A model generated the notes under the pieces. The model searched no databases, was not told the origin of the DNA, and was given only the letters and a program-made list of their open reading frames with translations. Source: the human T2T-CHM13v2.0 reference genome, Homo sapiens. Taken from it: a stretch of 64,000 bases of DNA. Where the stretch lies: assembly GCF_009914755.1 (NCBI RefSeq), contig NC_060933.1, one strand, 5' to 3'. Both the position numbers and the translations under genes were made by a program. Positions 28,201-41,674 of the stretch are shown one piece after another. Within the stretch, counting starts at the first letter, position 1; every line of letters starts with the position of its first letter.

Positions 28201-31200
28201 TCCATTCCATTCCATTCCATTCCATTGCAATCGAGTTGAATCCATTGCATTTCATTCCATTCCATTCCATTCCATTCCATTCCGGAAGATTCCATTCCAT
28301 TGCATTCCATTCCATTCCATTCCCCTGCACTCGCGTTGATTCCATTCCATTCCATTCCATTCCATTGCATTCCGTTCTGTTCCGTTCCATTTCATTCCAT
28401 TCCATTCCATTACATTCCGTTCCCTTCCATTCCATTCCATTCCATTCTATTCGGGTTAATTCCATTCCATTCCATTCGATTGCAATCGAGTTGATTCCAT
28501 TCCATTCCATTCTATTCCGTTCCGGATGATTCCATTCTATTGCATTCCATTCCATTCCATTCCCCTGCAGTCGGGTTGATTCCATTCCATTCCATTCCGT
28601 TCCATTCCATTCCATTCCATTCTATTCGTGTTAATTCCATTCCATTCCTTTCCATTCCATTCCATTCCATTCCAATCGAGTTGATTGCATTCCATTCCAT
28701 TCCATTCCATTACACTCCATTCCAGTCCTTTCCATTCCATTACACTCGGGTTGATTCCGTTCTATTCCTTTCCATTCCATTCCATTCCATTGCAATCGAG
28801 TTGATTCCATTGCTTTGCATTCCATTCCATTCCATTCCATTCCGGATGATTCCATTCCATTGCATTCCATTCCATTCCATTCCCCTGCACTCGGGTTGAT
28901 TGCATTCCATTCCACTCCATTCCGTTCCATTCTAGTCCATTCCATTGTATTCGGGTTAATTCCATTCCATTCCATTCCATTCCATTCCATTCCCTTACAA
29001 TGTAGTTGATTCCATTGAATTCCATTCCATTCCATTCCATTCCAGTCCTTTCCATTCCATTCCACTCGTGTTGATTCCATTCTATTAGTTTCCATTCCAT
29101 TCCATTCCCTTCCATTCCAATCTGGTTGATTCCATTCCTTTCCATTCCACTCGAATACATTCCCTCCTATTCCACTCAGAACTATTCCATTCCATTCCAT
29201 TCCATTCCATTCCATTCCATTCCATTCCAGTTCGTTCCATTCCATTCTATTCCGTACCATTCTATTCCATTCCATTCCTTTCCATTCCATTCCTTTCCAC
29301 TCGTGGTGATTCCATTCCTTTCCATTCCATTCGGTTTGAAGGCATTCCATTCCATTCCATTCCATTCCATTCCATTCCATTCCATTCCATTCCATTGTAC
29401 TCGAGTTGATTCCATTCCATTGCATTCAATTCCATTCCATTCCATTCCATTGTACTCGAGTTGATTCCATTCCATTGCATTCCATTCCATTCCATTCCAT
29501 TTCATTCCGTTGCATTCCTTTCCTTTACATTCGGATTGATTCTATTCAACTCCCTTACTCTCCATTACATTCCATTCCATTCGGGTTGTTCCATTCCATT
29601 CCATTCCATTCCACTCCATTCCATTGCACTCGGGTTGATTCCATTCCATTCCATTCCATTCCATTCCATTCCGGATGATTCCATTCCATTGCATTCCGTT
29701 CCATTACATTCCCCTGCACTCGCGTTGATTCCATTCCATTGCATTCCATTCCATTCCATTCAATTCCATTCCATTGCAATTCGTTCCACTGCATTCTATT
29801 CCGTACCATTCCATTCCATTCCATACCATTCCATTCCATTCCATTCCATTCCGTTCCGTTCTGTTCCTTTCCATTCCATTCCATTCTATTCGGATTAATT
29901 CCATTCCATTCCATTCCATTCCATTCTATTCCATTCCATTGCAATCGAGTTGAATCCATTGCATTTCATTCCATTCCATTCCATTCCATTCCATTCCGGA
30001 AGATTCCATTCCATTGCATTCCATTCCATTCCATTCCCCTGCACTCGCGTTGATTCCATTCCATTCCATTCCATTCCATTCCATTCCATTCCGTTCCGTT
30101 CAATTCCATTCCATTCCATTCCATTCCATTCCATTCCATTCCATTCCGTTCCGTTCCATTCCATTCCATTCCATTCTATTCGGGTTAATTCCATTCCATT
30201 CCATTCGATTGCAATCTAGTTGATTCCATTCCATTCCATTCCATTCCAGTCCTTTCCATTCCATTCCACTCGGGTTGATTCCATTCTATTACTTTCCATT
30301 CCATTCCATTCCCTTCCATTCCACTCTGGTTGATTCCATTCCTTTCCATTACACTCGAATACATTCCCTCCTATTCCACTCGGAACCATTCCATTCCATT
30401 CCATTCCATTCCATTCCATTCCATTTCATTTCGTTCCATTCCATTCTATTCCGTATCATTCCATTCCATTCCATTCCATTCCATTCCATTCCATTCCATT
30501 GTACTCCGGTGATTCCATTCCATTGCATTGCATTCCATTCCATTCCATTCCATTCCGTTGCATTCCATTCCATTACATTCGGATTGATTCTATTCAACTC
30601 CCTTACTCTCCATTACATTCCATTCCATTCGGGTTGTTCCCTTCCATTCCATTCCATTACACTCCATTCCATTGCACTCGGGTTGATTCCATTCCATTCC
30701 ATTCCATTCCATTCCATTCCGGATGATTCCATTCCATTGCATTCCGTTCCATTACATTCCCCTGCACTCGCGTTGATTCCATTCCTTTCCATTCCATTCC
30801 ATTCAATTTCATTCCATTACAATTCGTTCCATTCCATTCTATGCCGTACCATTCCATTCCATTCCATTCCAATCGAGTTGATTCCATTCCATTCCATTCC
30901 ATTCCATTCCACTCCATTCCAGTCCTTTCCATTCCATTCCACTCGGGTTGATTCCAATGTATTCCTTTCCATTCCATTCCATTCCATTGCATTCCGTTCC
31001 ATTACATTCCCCTGCACTCACGTTGATTCCATTCCATTCCATTCCATTCCATTCAATTCCATTCCATTACAATTCGTTCCATTCCATTCTATTCCGTACC
31101 ATTCCATTCCATTCCATTCCAATCGAGTTGATTCCATTCCATTCCATTCCATTCCATTCCACTCCATTCCAGTCCTTTCCATTCCATTCCACTCAGGGTG

Positions 31201-33893
31201 ATTCCAATGTATTCCTTTCCATTCCATTCCATTCCATTGCAACCGAGTTGATTCCATTGCTTTGCATTCCATTCCATTCCATTCCATTCCGGATGATTCC
31301 ATTCCATTGCATTCCATTCCATTCCATTCCCCTGCACTCGGGTTGATTCCATTCCATTCCACTCCATTCCGTACCATTCCATTCCATTCCATTCCATTGT
31401 ATTCGGGTTAATTCCATTCCATTCCATTCCATTCCATTCCATTCCATTCCATTGCAATCGAGTTGATTCCATTCCATTTCAATCCATTCCATTCCATTCC
31501 ATTCCATTCCAATCGAGTTGATTCCATTCCATTTCATTCCATTCCATTCCATTCCATTCCATTCCAGTCCTTTCCATTCCATTCCACTGGGGTTGATTCC
31601 ATTCTATTAGTTTCCATTCCATTCCATTCTCTTCCATTCCACTCTGGGTGATTCCATTCCTTTCCATTCCACTCGAATACATTCCCTCCTATTCTACTCG
31701 GAACGATTCCATTCCATTCCATTCCATTCCATTCCATTCCATTCCATTCCATTCCATTCCATTTCGTTCCATTCCATTCTGTTCCGTATCATTCCATTCC
31801 ATTCCATTCCATTCCCTTCCATTCCATTCCATTACATTCCACTCGTGTTGATTCCATTCCTTTCCATTCCATTCGGTTTGAAGGCATTCCATTCCATTCC
31901 ATTCCATTCCATTGTACTCGGGTTGATTCTATTCCATTGCATTCCATTCCATTCCAATCCGTTGCATTCCATTCCATTACATTCGGATTGATTCTATTCA
32001 ACTCCCTTACTCTCCATTACATTCCATTCCATTCGGGTTGTTCCATTCCATTCCATTCCATTCCACTCCATTCCATTGCACTCGGGTTGATTCCATTCTA
32101 TTCCATTCCATTCCATTCCATTCCGGATGATTCCGTTCCATTGCATTCCGTTCCATTACATTCCCCTCCACTCGCGTTGATTCCATTTCATTCCATTCCT
32201 TTCCATTCCATTCAATTCCATTCCATTACAATTCGTTCCATTCCATTCTATTCCGTACCATTCCATTCCATTCCATACCATTCCATTCCATTCCATTCCA
32301 TTCCATTCCGTTCCGTTCCATTCCGTTCCATTCCATTCCATTCCATTCCATTCCATTGCAATCGACTTGAATCCATTGTATTTCATTCCATTCCATTCCA
32401 TTCCATTCCGGAAGATTCCATTCCATTGCATTCCATTCCATTCCATTCCCCTGCACTCGCGTTGATTCCATTCCATTCCGTTGCATTCCGTTCCGTTCCG
32501 TTCCATTTCATTCCATTCCATTCCATTCCATTCCGTTCCGTTCCATTCCATTCCATTCCATTCTATTCGGGTTAATTCCATTCCATTCCATTCGATTGCA
32601 ATCGAGTTGATTCCATTCCATTCCATTCCATTCCGTTCCGGATGATTCCATTCTATTGCATTCCATTCCATTCCATTCCCCTGCAGTCGGGTTGATTCCA
32701 TTCCATTCCATTGCATTCCATTCCGTTCCATTCCATTCCATTCCATTCTATTCGGGTAAATTCCATTCCATTCCTTTCCATTCCATTCCATTCCATTCCA
32801 ATCGAGTTGATTCCATTCCATTCCATTCCATTCCATTCCACTCCATTCCAGTCCTTTCCATTCCATTACACTCGGGTTGATTCCGTTCTATTCCTTTCCA
32901 TTCCATTCCATTCCATTGCAATCGAGTTGATTCCATTGCTTTGCATTCCATTCCTTTCCATTCCATTATGGATGATTCCATTCCATTCCATTCCATTCCA
33001 TTCCATTCCCCTGCACTCGGGTTGATTCCATTCCATTCCACTCCATTCCGTTCCATTCTAGTCCATTCCATTGTATTCGGGTTAATTCCATTCCATTCCA
33101 TTCCATTCCATTCCATTACAATGTAGTTGATTCCATTCAATTCCATTCCATTCCATTCCATTCCAGTCCTTTCCATTCCATTCCACTCGGGTTGATTCCA
33201 TTCTATTAGTTTCCATTCCATTCCATTCCCTTCCATTCCAATCTGGTTGATTCCATTCCTTTCCATTCCACTCGAATACATTCCCTCCTATTCCACTCAG
33301 AACGATTCCATTCCATTCCATTCTATTCCATTCCATTCCATTCCATTCCATTCCAGTTCGTTCCATTCCATTCTATTCCGTACCATTCTATTCCATTCCA
33401 TTCCTTTCCATTCCATTCCATTCCACTCGTGGTGATTCCATTCCTTTCCATTCCATTCGGTTTGAAGGCATTCCATTCAATTCCATTCCATTCCATTCCA
33501 TTCCATTCCATTCCATTCCATTCCATTCCGTTGTACTCGAGTTGATTCCATTCCATTGCATTCAATTCCATTCCATTCCATTCCATTGTACTCGAGTTGA
33601 TTCCATTCCATTGCATTCCATTCCATTCCATTCCATTCCATTCCGTTGCATTCCATTCCATTACATTCGGATTGATTCTATTCAACTCCCTTACTCTCCA
33701 TTACATTCCATTCCATTCGGGTTGTTCCATTCCATTCCATTCCATTCCACTCCATTCCATTGCACTCGGGTTGATTCCATTCCATTCCATTCCATTCCAT
33801 TCCATTCCGGATGATTCCATTCCATTGCATTCCGTTCCATTACATTCCCCTGCACTCGCGTTGATTCCATTCCATTCCATTCCATTCCATTCC
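25279..33893 (+). repeat. 8.6 kb tandem duplication, copy 2
   Basis: Near-identical to 16689-25278. Differences seen: +20 nt near 29821, +5 nt near 31741, and a few SNPs (25870 C vs 17280 T; 30217 AATCTAG vs AATCGAG; 30292 ACTTT vs AGTTT; 31917 TACTCG vs TATTCG). Confidence 0.93.
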
Positions 33894-34085
33894 ATTCCGG
33901 AAGATTCCATTCCATTGCAATTCGTTCCATTCCATTCTATTCCGTACCATTCCATTCCATTCCATACCATTCCATTCCATTCCATTCCATTCCGTTCCGT
34001 TCTGTTCCTTTCCATTCCATTCCATTCTATTCGGTTTAATTCCATTCCATTCCATTCCATTCCATTCCATTCTATTCCATTCCAT

Positions 34086-37000
34086 TGCAATCGAGTTGAA
34101 TCCATTGCATTTCATTCCATTCCATTCCATTCCCTTCCATTCCATTCCATTCCGGAAGATTCCATTCCATTGCATTCCATTCCATTCCATTCCCCTGCAC
34201 TCGCGTTGATTCCATTCAATTCCATTCCATTCCATTCCATTCCGTTCCGTTCAATTCCATTCCATTCCATTCCATTCCATTCCATTCCATTCCATTCCGT
34301 TCCGTTCCATTCCATTCCATTCCATTCCATTCTATTCGGGTTAATTCCATTCCATTGCATTCGATTGCAATCGAGTTGATTCCGTTCCATTCCATTCCAT
34401 TCCATTCCATTCCATTCCATTCCTTTCCATTCCATTACGGATGATTCCATTCCATTGCATTCCATTCCATTCCATTCCCCTGTACTCGGGTTGATTCCAT
34501 TCCATTCCATTCCAATCCATGCCATTCCACTCGTGTTGATTCCATTCTTTCCATTCCATTCAAGTTGAATCCATTCCATTGCATTCCATTCCATTCGATT
34601 CCATTCGATTGCACGCGGGTTGATTCCATTTCATTGCATTCCATTCCATTCCATTCCATTCCATTCCATTCCATTCCATTCCGTTCCTCTCCATTCCATT
34701 GCACTCGGGTTGATTCCATTCCATTGCATTCCATTCCATTCCATTCAATTCCATTCCGTTCCATTCCATTCCATTACATTCGGATTGATTCTATTCAACT
34801 CCCTTACTCTCCATTACATTCCATTCCATTCGGGTTGTTCCATTCCATTCCATTCCATTCCACTCCATTCCACTGCACTCGGGTTGATTCCATTCCATTC
34901 CATTCCATTCCATTCCATTCCGGAAGATTCCATTCCATTGCATTCCATTCCATTCCATTCCCCTGCACTCGCGTTGATTCCATTCCATTCCATTCTATTC
35001 CATTCTATTCCCTTCCTTTCCGTTCCATTCCATTCCATTCCATTCCATTCCGTTCCGTTCCGTTCCATTCCATTCCATTCCATTCTATTTGGGTTAATTC
35101 CATTCCATTCCATTCGATTGCAATCGAGTTGATTCTATTCCATTCCATTCCATTCCATTCCATTCCATTCCATTCCATTCCTTTCCATTCCATTACGGAT
35201 GATTCCATTCCATTGCATTCCATTCCATTCCATTGCATTCCATTCCATTCCATTCCCCTGTACTCGGGTTGACTCCATTCCATTCCATTCCAATCCATGC
35301 CATTCCACTCGTGTTGATTCCATTCTTTCCATTCCATTCAAGTTGAATCCATTCCATTGCATTCCATTCCATTCCATTCCCCTGCAGTCTGGTTGATTCC
35401 ATTCCATTCCATTCCATTCCATTCCATTCCATTCCATTCCATTCCGTTCCGTTCCGTTCCATTCCATTCCATTGCATTCTATTCGGGTTAATTCCATTCC
35501 ATTCCATTCCATTCCATTCCATTCCATTCCATTCCAATCGAGTTGATTCCATTCCATTCCATTCCATTCCATTCCACTCCATTCCAGTCCTTTCCATTCC
35601 ATTCCACTCGGGTTGATTCCAATGTATTCCTTTCCATTCCATTCCATTCCATTGCAATCGAGTTGATTCCATTGCTTTGCATTCCATTCCATTCCATTCG
35701 ATTCCGGATGACTCCATTCCATTGCATTCCATTCCATTGCATTCCCCTGCAGTCGGGTTGATTCCATTCCATTCCACTCCATTCCATTGCATTCCATTCC
35801 ATTGCATTGTATTCGGGTTAATTCCATTCCATTCCATTCCATTCCATTCCATTCCAATCGAGTTGATTCCATTCCATTCCATTCCATTCCATTCCAGTCC
35901 TTTCCATTCCATTCCACTCGGGTTGATTCCATTCTATTAGTTTCCATTCCATTCCGTTCCCTTCCATTCCACTCTGGTTGATTCCATTCCTTTCCATTCC
36001 ACTCGAATACATTCCCTCCTATTCCACTCGGAACGATTCCATTCCATTCCATTCCATTCCATTCCATTCCATTCCATTCCATTTCGTTCCATCACATTCT
36101 ATTCCGTATCATTCCATTCCATTCCATTCCATTCCATTCCATTCCATTCCATTCCACTCGTGTTGATTCCATTCCTTTCCATTCCATTCGGTTTGAAGGC
36201 ATTCCATTCCATTCCATTCCTTTCCATTCCATTCCATTCCATTCCATTGTACTCGGGTTGATTCCATTCCATTGCATTCCATCCCATTCCATTCCATTCC
36301 AATCCGTTGCATTCCATTCCATTACATTCGGATTGATTCTATTCAACTCCCTTACTCTCCATTACATTCCATTCCATTCGGGTTGTTCCATTCCATTCCA
36401 TTCCATTCCACTCCATTCCATTGCACTCGGGTTGATTCCATTCCTTTCCATTCCATTCCATTACATTCCGGATGTTTCCATTCCATTGCATTCCGTTCCA
36501 TTACATTCCCCTGCACTCGCGTTGATTCCATTCCATTCCATTCCATTCCATTCCATTCAATTCCATTCCATTACAATTCGTTCCATTCCATTCTATTCCG
36601 TACCATTCCATTCCATTCCATACCATTCCATTCCATTCCATTCCATTCCATTCCATTTCGTTCCATTCCGTTCCATTCCATTCCATTCCATTCTATTCGG
36701 ATTAATTCCATTCCATTCCATTCCATTCTATTCCATTCCATTGCAATCGAGTTGAATCCATTGCATTTCATTCCATTCCATTCCATTCCATTCCATTCCG
36801 GAAGATTCCATTCCATTACATTCCATTCCATTCCATTCCCCTGCACTCGCGTTGATTCCATTCCATTCCATTCCATTCCATTCCATTCCGTTCCGTTCAA
36901 TTCCATTCCATTCCATTCCATTCCATTCCGTTCCATTCCGTTCCGTTCCATTCCATTCCATTCCATTCTATTCGGGTTAATTCCATTCCATTGCATTCGA

Positions 37001-39510
37001 TTGCAATCGAGTTGATTCCGTTCCATTCCATTCCATTCCATTCCATTCCATTCCATTCCATTCCAATCCTTTCCATTCCATTACGGATGATTCCATTCCA
37101 TTGCATTCCATTCCATTCCATTCCCCTGTACTCGGGTTGATTCCATTCAATTCCATTCCAATCCATGCCATTCCACTCGTGTTGATTCCATTCTTTCCAT
37201 TCCATTCAAGTTGAATCCATTCCATTGCATTCCATTCCATTCGATTCCATTCGATTGCACTCGGGTTGATTCCATTACATTGCATTCCATTCCATTCCAT
37301 TCCATTCCATTCCATTCCATTCCATTCCGTTCCATTCCATTCCATTACATTCGGATTGATTCTATTCCATTCCCTTACACTCCATTACATTCCATTCCAT
37401 TCGGGTAGTTTCCATTCCATTCCATTCCATTCCTCTCCATTCCATTGCACTCGGGTTGATTCCATTCCATTGCATTCCATTCCATTCCATTCAATTCCAT
37501 TCCGTTCCATTCCATTCCATTACATTCGGATTGATTCTATTCAACTCCCTTACTCTCCATTACATTCCATTCCATTCGGGTTGTTCCATTCCATTCCATT
37601 CCATTCCACTCCATTCCACTGCACTCGGGTTGATTCCATTCCATTCCATTCCATTCCATTCCATTCCGGAAGATTCCATTCCATTGCATTCCATTCCATT
37701 CCATTCCCCTGCACTCGCGTTGATTCCATTCCATTCCATTCTATTCCATTCTATTCCCTTCCTTTCCGTTCCATTCCATTCCATTCCATTCCATTCCGTT
37801 CCGTTCCGTTCCATTCCATTCCATTCCATTCTATTTGGGTTAATTCCATTCCATTCCATTCGATTGCAATCGAGTTGATTCTATTCCATTCCATTCCATT
37901 CCATTCCATTCCATTCCATTCCATTCCTTTCCATTCCATTACGGATGATTCCATTCCATTGCATTCCATTCCATTCCATTGCATTCCATTCCATTCCATT
38001 CCCCTGTACTCGGGTTGACTCCATTCCATTCCATTCCAATCCATGCCATTCCACTCGTGTTGATTCCATTCTTTCCATTCCATTCAAGTTGAATCCATTC
38101 CATTGCATTCCATTCCATTCCATTCCCCTGCAGTCTGGTTGATTCCATTCCATTCCATTCCATTCCATTCCATTCCATTCCATTCCGTTCCGTTCCGTTC
38201 CATTCCATTCCATTGCATTCTATTCGGGTTAATTCCATTCCATTCCATTCCATTCCATTCCATTCCATTCCATTCCAATCGAGTTGATTCCATTCCATTC
38301 CATTCCATTCCATTCCACTCCATTCCAGTCCTTTCCATTCCATTCCACTCGGGTTGATTCCAATGTATTCCTTTCCATTCCATTCCATTCCATTGCAATC
38401 GAGTTGATTCCATTGCTTTGCATTCCATTCCATTCCATTCGATTCCGGATGACTCCATTCCATTGCATTCCATTCCATTGCATTCCCCTGCAGTCGGGTT
38501 GATTCCATTCCATTCCACTCCATTCCATTGCATTCCATTCCATTCCATTGTATTCGGGTTAATTCCATTCCATTCCATTCCATTCCATTCCATTCCATTC
38601 CAATCGAGTTGATTCCATTCCATTCCATTCCATTCCATTCCAGTCCTTTCCATTCCATTCCACTCGGGTTGATTCCATTCTATTAGTTTCCATTCCATTC
38701 CGTTCCCTTCCATTCCACTCTGGTTGATTCCATTCCTTTCCATTCCACTCGAATACATTCCCTCCTATTCCACTCGGAACGATTCCATTCCATTCCATTC
38801 CATTCCATTCCATTCCATTCCATTCCATTTCGTTCCATCACATTCTATTCCGTATCATTCCATTCCATTCCATTCCATTCCATTCCATTCCATTCCATTC
38901 CATTCCACTCGTGTTGATTCCATTCCTTTCCATTCCATTCGGTTTGAAGGCATTCCATTCCATTCCATTCCATTCCATTCCATTCCATTCCATTCCATTG
39001 TACTCGGGTTGATTCCATTCCATTGCATTCCATCCCATTCCATTCCATTCCAATCCGTTGCATTCCATTCCATTACATTCGGATTGATTCTATTCAACTC
39101 CCTTACTCTCCATTACATTCCATTCCATTCGGGTTGCTCCATTCCATTCCATTCCATTCCACTCCATTCCATTGCACTCGGGTTGATTCCATTCCTTTCC
39201 ATTCCATTCCATTCCATTCCGGATGTTTCCATTCCATTGCATTCCGTTCCATTACATTCCCCTGCACTCGCGTTGATTCCATTCCATTCCATTCCATTCC
39301 ATTCCATTCAATTCCATTCCATTACAATTCGTTCCATTCCATTCTATTCCGTACCATTCCATTCCATTCCATACCATTCCATTCCATTCCATTCCATTCC
39401 ATTCCATTTCGTTCCATTCCGTTCCATTCCATTCCATTCCATTCTATTCGGGTTAATTCCATTCCATTCCATTCCATTCCATTCCATTCCATTCCAATCT
39501 ATTCCATTCC
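34086..39510 (+). repeat. ~2.75 kb tandem duplication (2 copies of the full ancestral cassette)
   Basis: ORF pairs at +2746 (34791/37537, 34814/37560, 35005/37751, 35978/38724). Shared private variants: GGGTTGACTCC (35266/38012), CTGCAGTCTGG (~35382/38128), CATCACATTCT (~36090/38836), GGATGTTTCC (36470/39221). Copy 1 has a 100-bp deletion at ~34685. Confidence 0.88.
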
Positions 39511-41674
39511 ATTGCAATCGAGTTGAATCCATTGCATTTCATTCCATTCCATTCCATTCCATTCCATTCCATTGCAATCGAGTTGAATCTATTGCATTTC
39601 ATTCCATTCCATTCCATTCCATTCCATTCCGGAAGATTCCATTCCATTGCATTCCATTACATTCCATTCCCCTGCACTCGCGTTGATTCCATTCCATTCC
39701 ATTCCATTCCATTGCATTCCATTGCATTCCATTCCCCTGCACTCAGGTTGATTCCATTCCATTCCATTCCATTCCATTCCATTCCATTCCATTCCATTCC
39801 ATTCCATTCTATTCGCGTTAATTCCATTCCACTCCATTCCATTACATTCCATTGCAATCGACTTGATTCCATTCCATTCCATTCCATTCCATTCAAGTCC
39901 TTTCCATTCCATTCCACTCGTGTTGATTCCATTTTATTAGTTTCCATTCCATTCCATTCCCTTCCATTCCACTCTGGTTGATTCCATTCCTTTCCATTCC
40001 ACTCGAATTCATTCCCTTCTATTCCACTCGGAATGATTCCATTGTATTCCGTTCCATTCCATTCCATTTCGTTCCATTCCATTTTATTCCGTACCATTCC
40101 ATTCCATTCCATTCCATTCCATTACATTCCATTCCATTCCATTCCATGCCATTCCACTCGGGTTGATTCCATTGCTTTCCATTCCATTTGGGTTGAATCC
40201 ATTCCATTCCATTCCATTCCATTCCATTCCATTCCATTCCATTCAATTGCACTGGGTTTGATTCCATTCCACTGCATTCCATTCCATTCCATTCCATTCC
40301 ATTCCATTCCATTCCATTCCATTCCATTCCATTCCCCTGCACTCGGGTTCATTCCATTCCATTGCATTCCATCCCATTCCATTCCATTCCAATCCGTTGC
40401 ATTCCATTCCATTACATTCGGATTGATTCTATTCAACTCCCTTACTCTCCATTACATTCCATTCCATTCGGGTTGTTCCATTCCATTCCATTCCATTCCA
40501 CTCCATTCCATTGCACTCGGGTTGATTCCATTCCTTTCCATTCCATTCCATTCCATTCCGGATGTTTCCATTCCATTGCATTCCGTTCCATTACATTCCC
40601 CTGCACTCGCGTTGATTCCATTCCATTCCATTCCATTCCATTCCATTCAATTCCATTCCATTACAATTCGTTCCATTCCATTCTATTCCGTACCATTCCA
40701 TTCCATTCCATACCATTCCATTCCATTCCATCCCATTCCATTCCATTTCGTTCCATTCCGTTCCATTCCATTCCATTTCATTCTATTCGGGTTAATTCCA
40801 TTCCATTCCATTCCATTCCATTCCATTCCATTCCATTCCAATCTATTCCATTCCATTGCAATCGAGTTGAATCCATTGCATTTCATTCCATTCCATTCCA
40901 TTCCATTCCATTGCAATCGAGTTGAATCTATTGCATTTCATTCCATTCCATTCCATTCCATTCCATTCCGGAAGATTCCATTCCATTGCATTCCATTACA
41001 TTCCATTCCCCTGCACTCGCGTTGATTCCATTCCATTCCATTCCATTCCATTGCATTCCATTGCATTCCATTCCCCTGCACTCAGGTTGATTCCATTCCA
41101 TTCCATTCCATTCCATTCCATTCCATTCCATTCCATTCTATTCGCGTTAATTCCATTCCACTCCATTCCATTACATTCCATTGCAATCGACTTGATTCCA
41201 TTCCATTCCATTCCATTCCATTCAAGTCCTTTCCATTCCATTCCACTCGTGTTGATTCCATTTTATTAGTTTCCATTCCATTCCATTCCCTTCCATTCCA
41301 CTCTGGTTGATTCCATTCCTTTCCATTCCACTCGAATTCATTCCCTTCTATTCCACTCGGAATGATTCCATTGTATTCCGTTCCATTCCATTCCATTTCG
41401 TTCCATTCCATTTTATTCCGTACCATTCCATTCCATTCCATTCCATTCCATTACATTCCATTCCATTCCATTCCATGCCATTCCACTCGGGTTGATTCCA
41501 TTGCTTTCCATTCCATTTGGGTTGAATCCATTCCATTCCATTCCATTCCATTCCATTCCATTCCATTCCATTCCATTCCATTCAATTGCACTAGGTTTGA
41601 TTCCATTCCACTGCATTCCATTCCATTCCATTCCATTCCATTCCATTCCATTCCATTCCATTCCATTCCCCTGC
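39002..41674 (+). repeat. ~1.34 kb tandem duplication spanning the left/right domain transition
   Basis: ORF pairs at +1339 (39103/40442, 39252/40591) and +1329 (39978/41307). The chimeric junction at 40341 (CCCCTGC-ACTCGGGTT-CATTCCATTCCATTGCATTCCATCCC) joins the 41675 context to the 39002 context. Confidence 0.88.

Larger units (their letters stand above)
1..39700 (+). repeat. Left HSat3 sub-domain: irregular mosaic of a ~2.7 kb ancestral cassette and ~1.85 kb deletion derivatives
   Basis: Landmark CTCGAATACATTCCCTCCTA at ~5221, 10010, 11868, 14535, 16380, 18941, 20560, 21743, 23062, 24656, 27531, 29150, 30353, 31672, 33271, 36002, 38748. Landmark GGTTTGAAGGC occurs 12 times between ~5399 and ~38941 and never after. 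Spacings include ~1860, ~2665, ~1846 and 2746. Confidence 0.8.

Noticed and set aside
40002-40040. GAATTC/GGAATGATTCC words as additional HSEs
   Set aside because: The spacing between GAA and TTC does not fit the nGAAn-nTTCn register, unlike the GGAAG motif.
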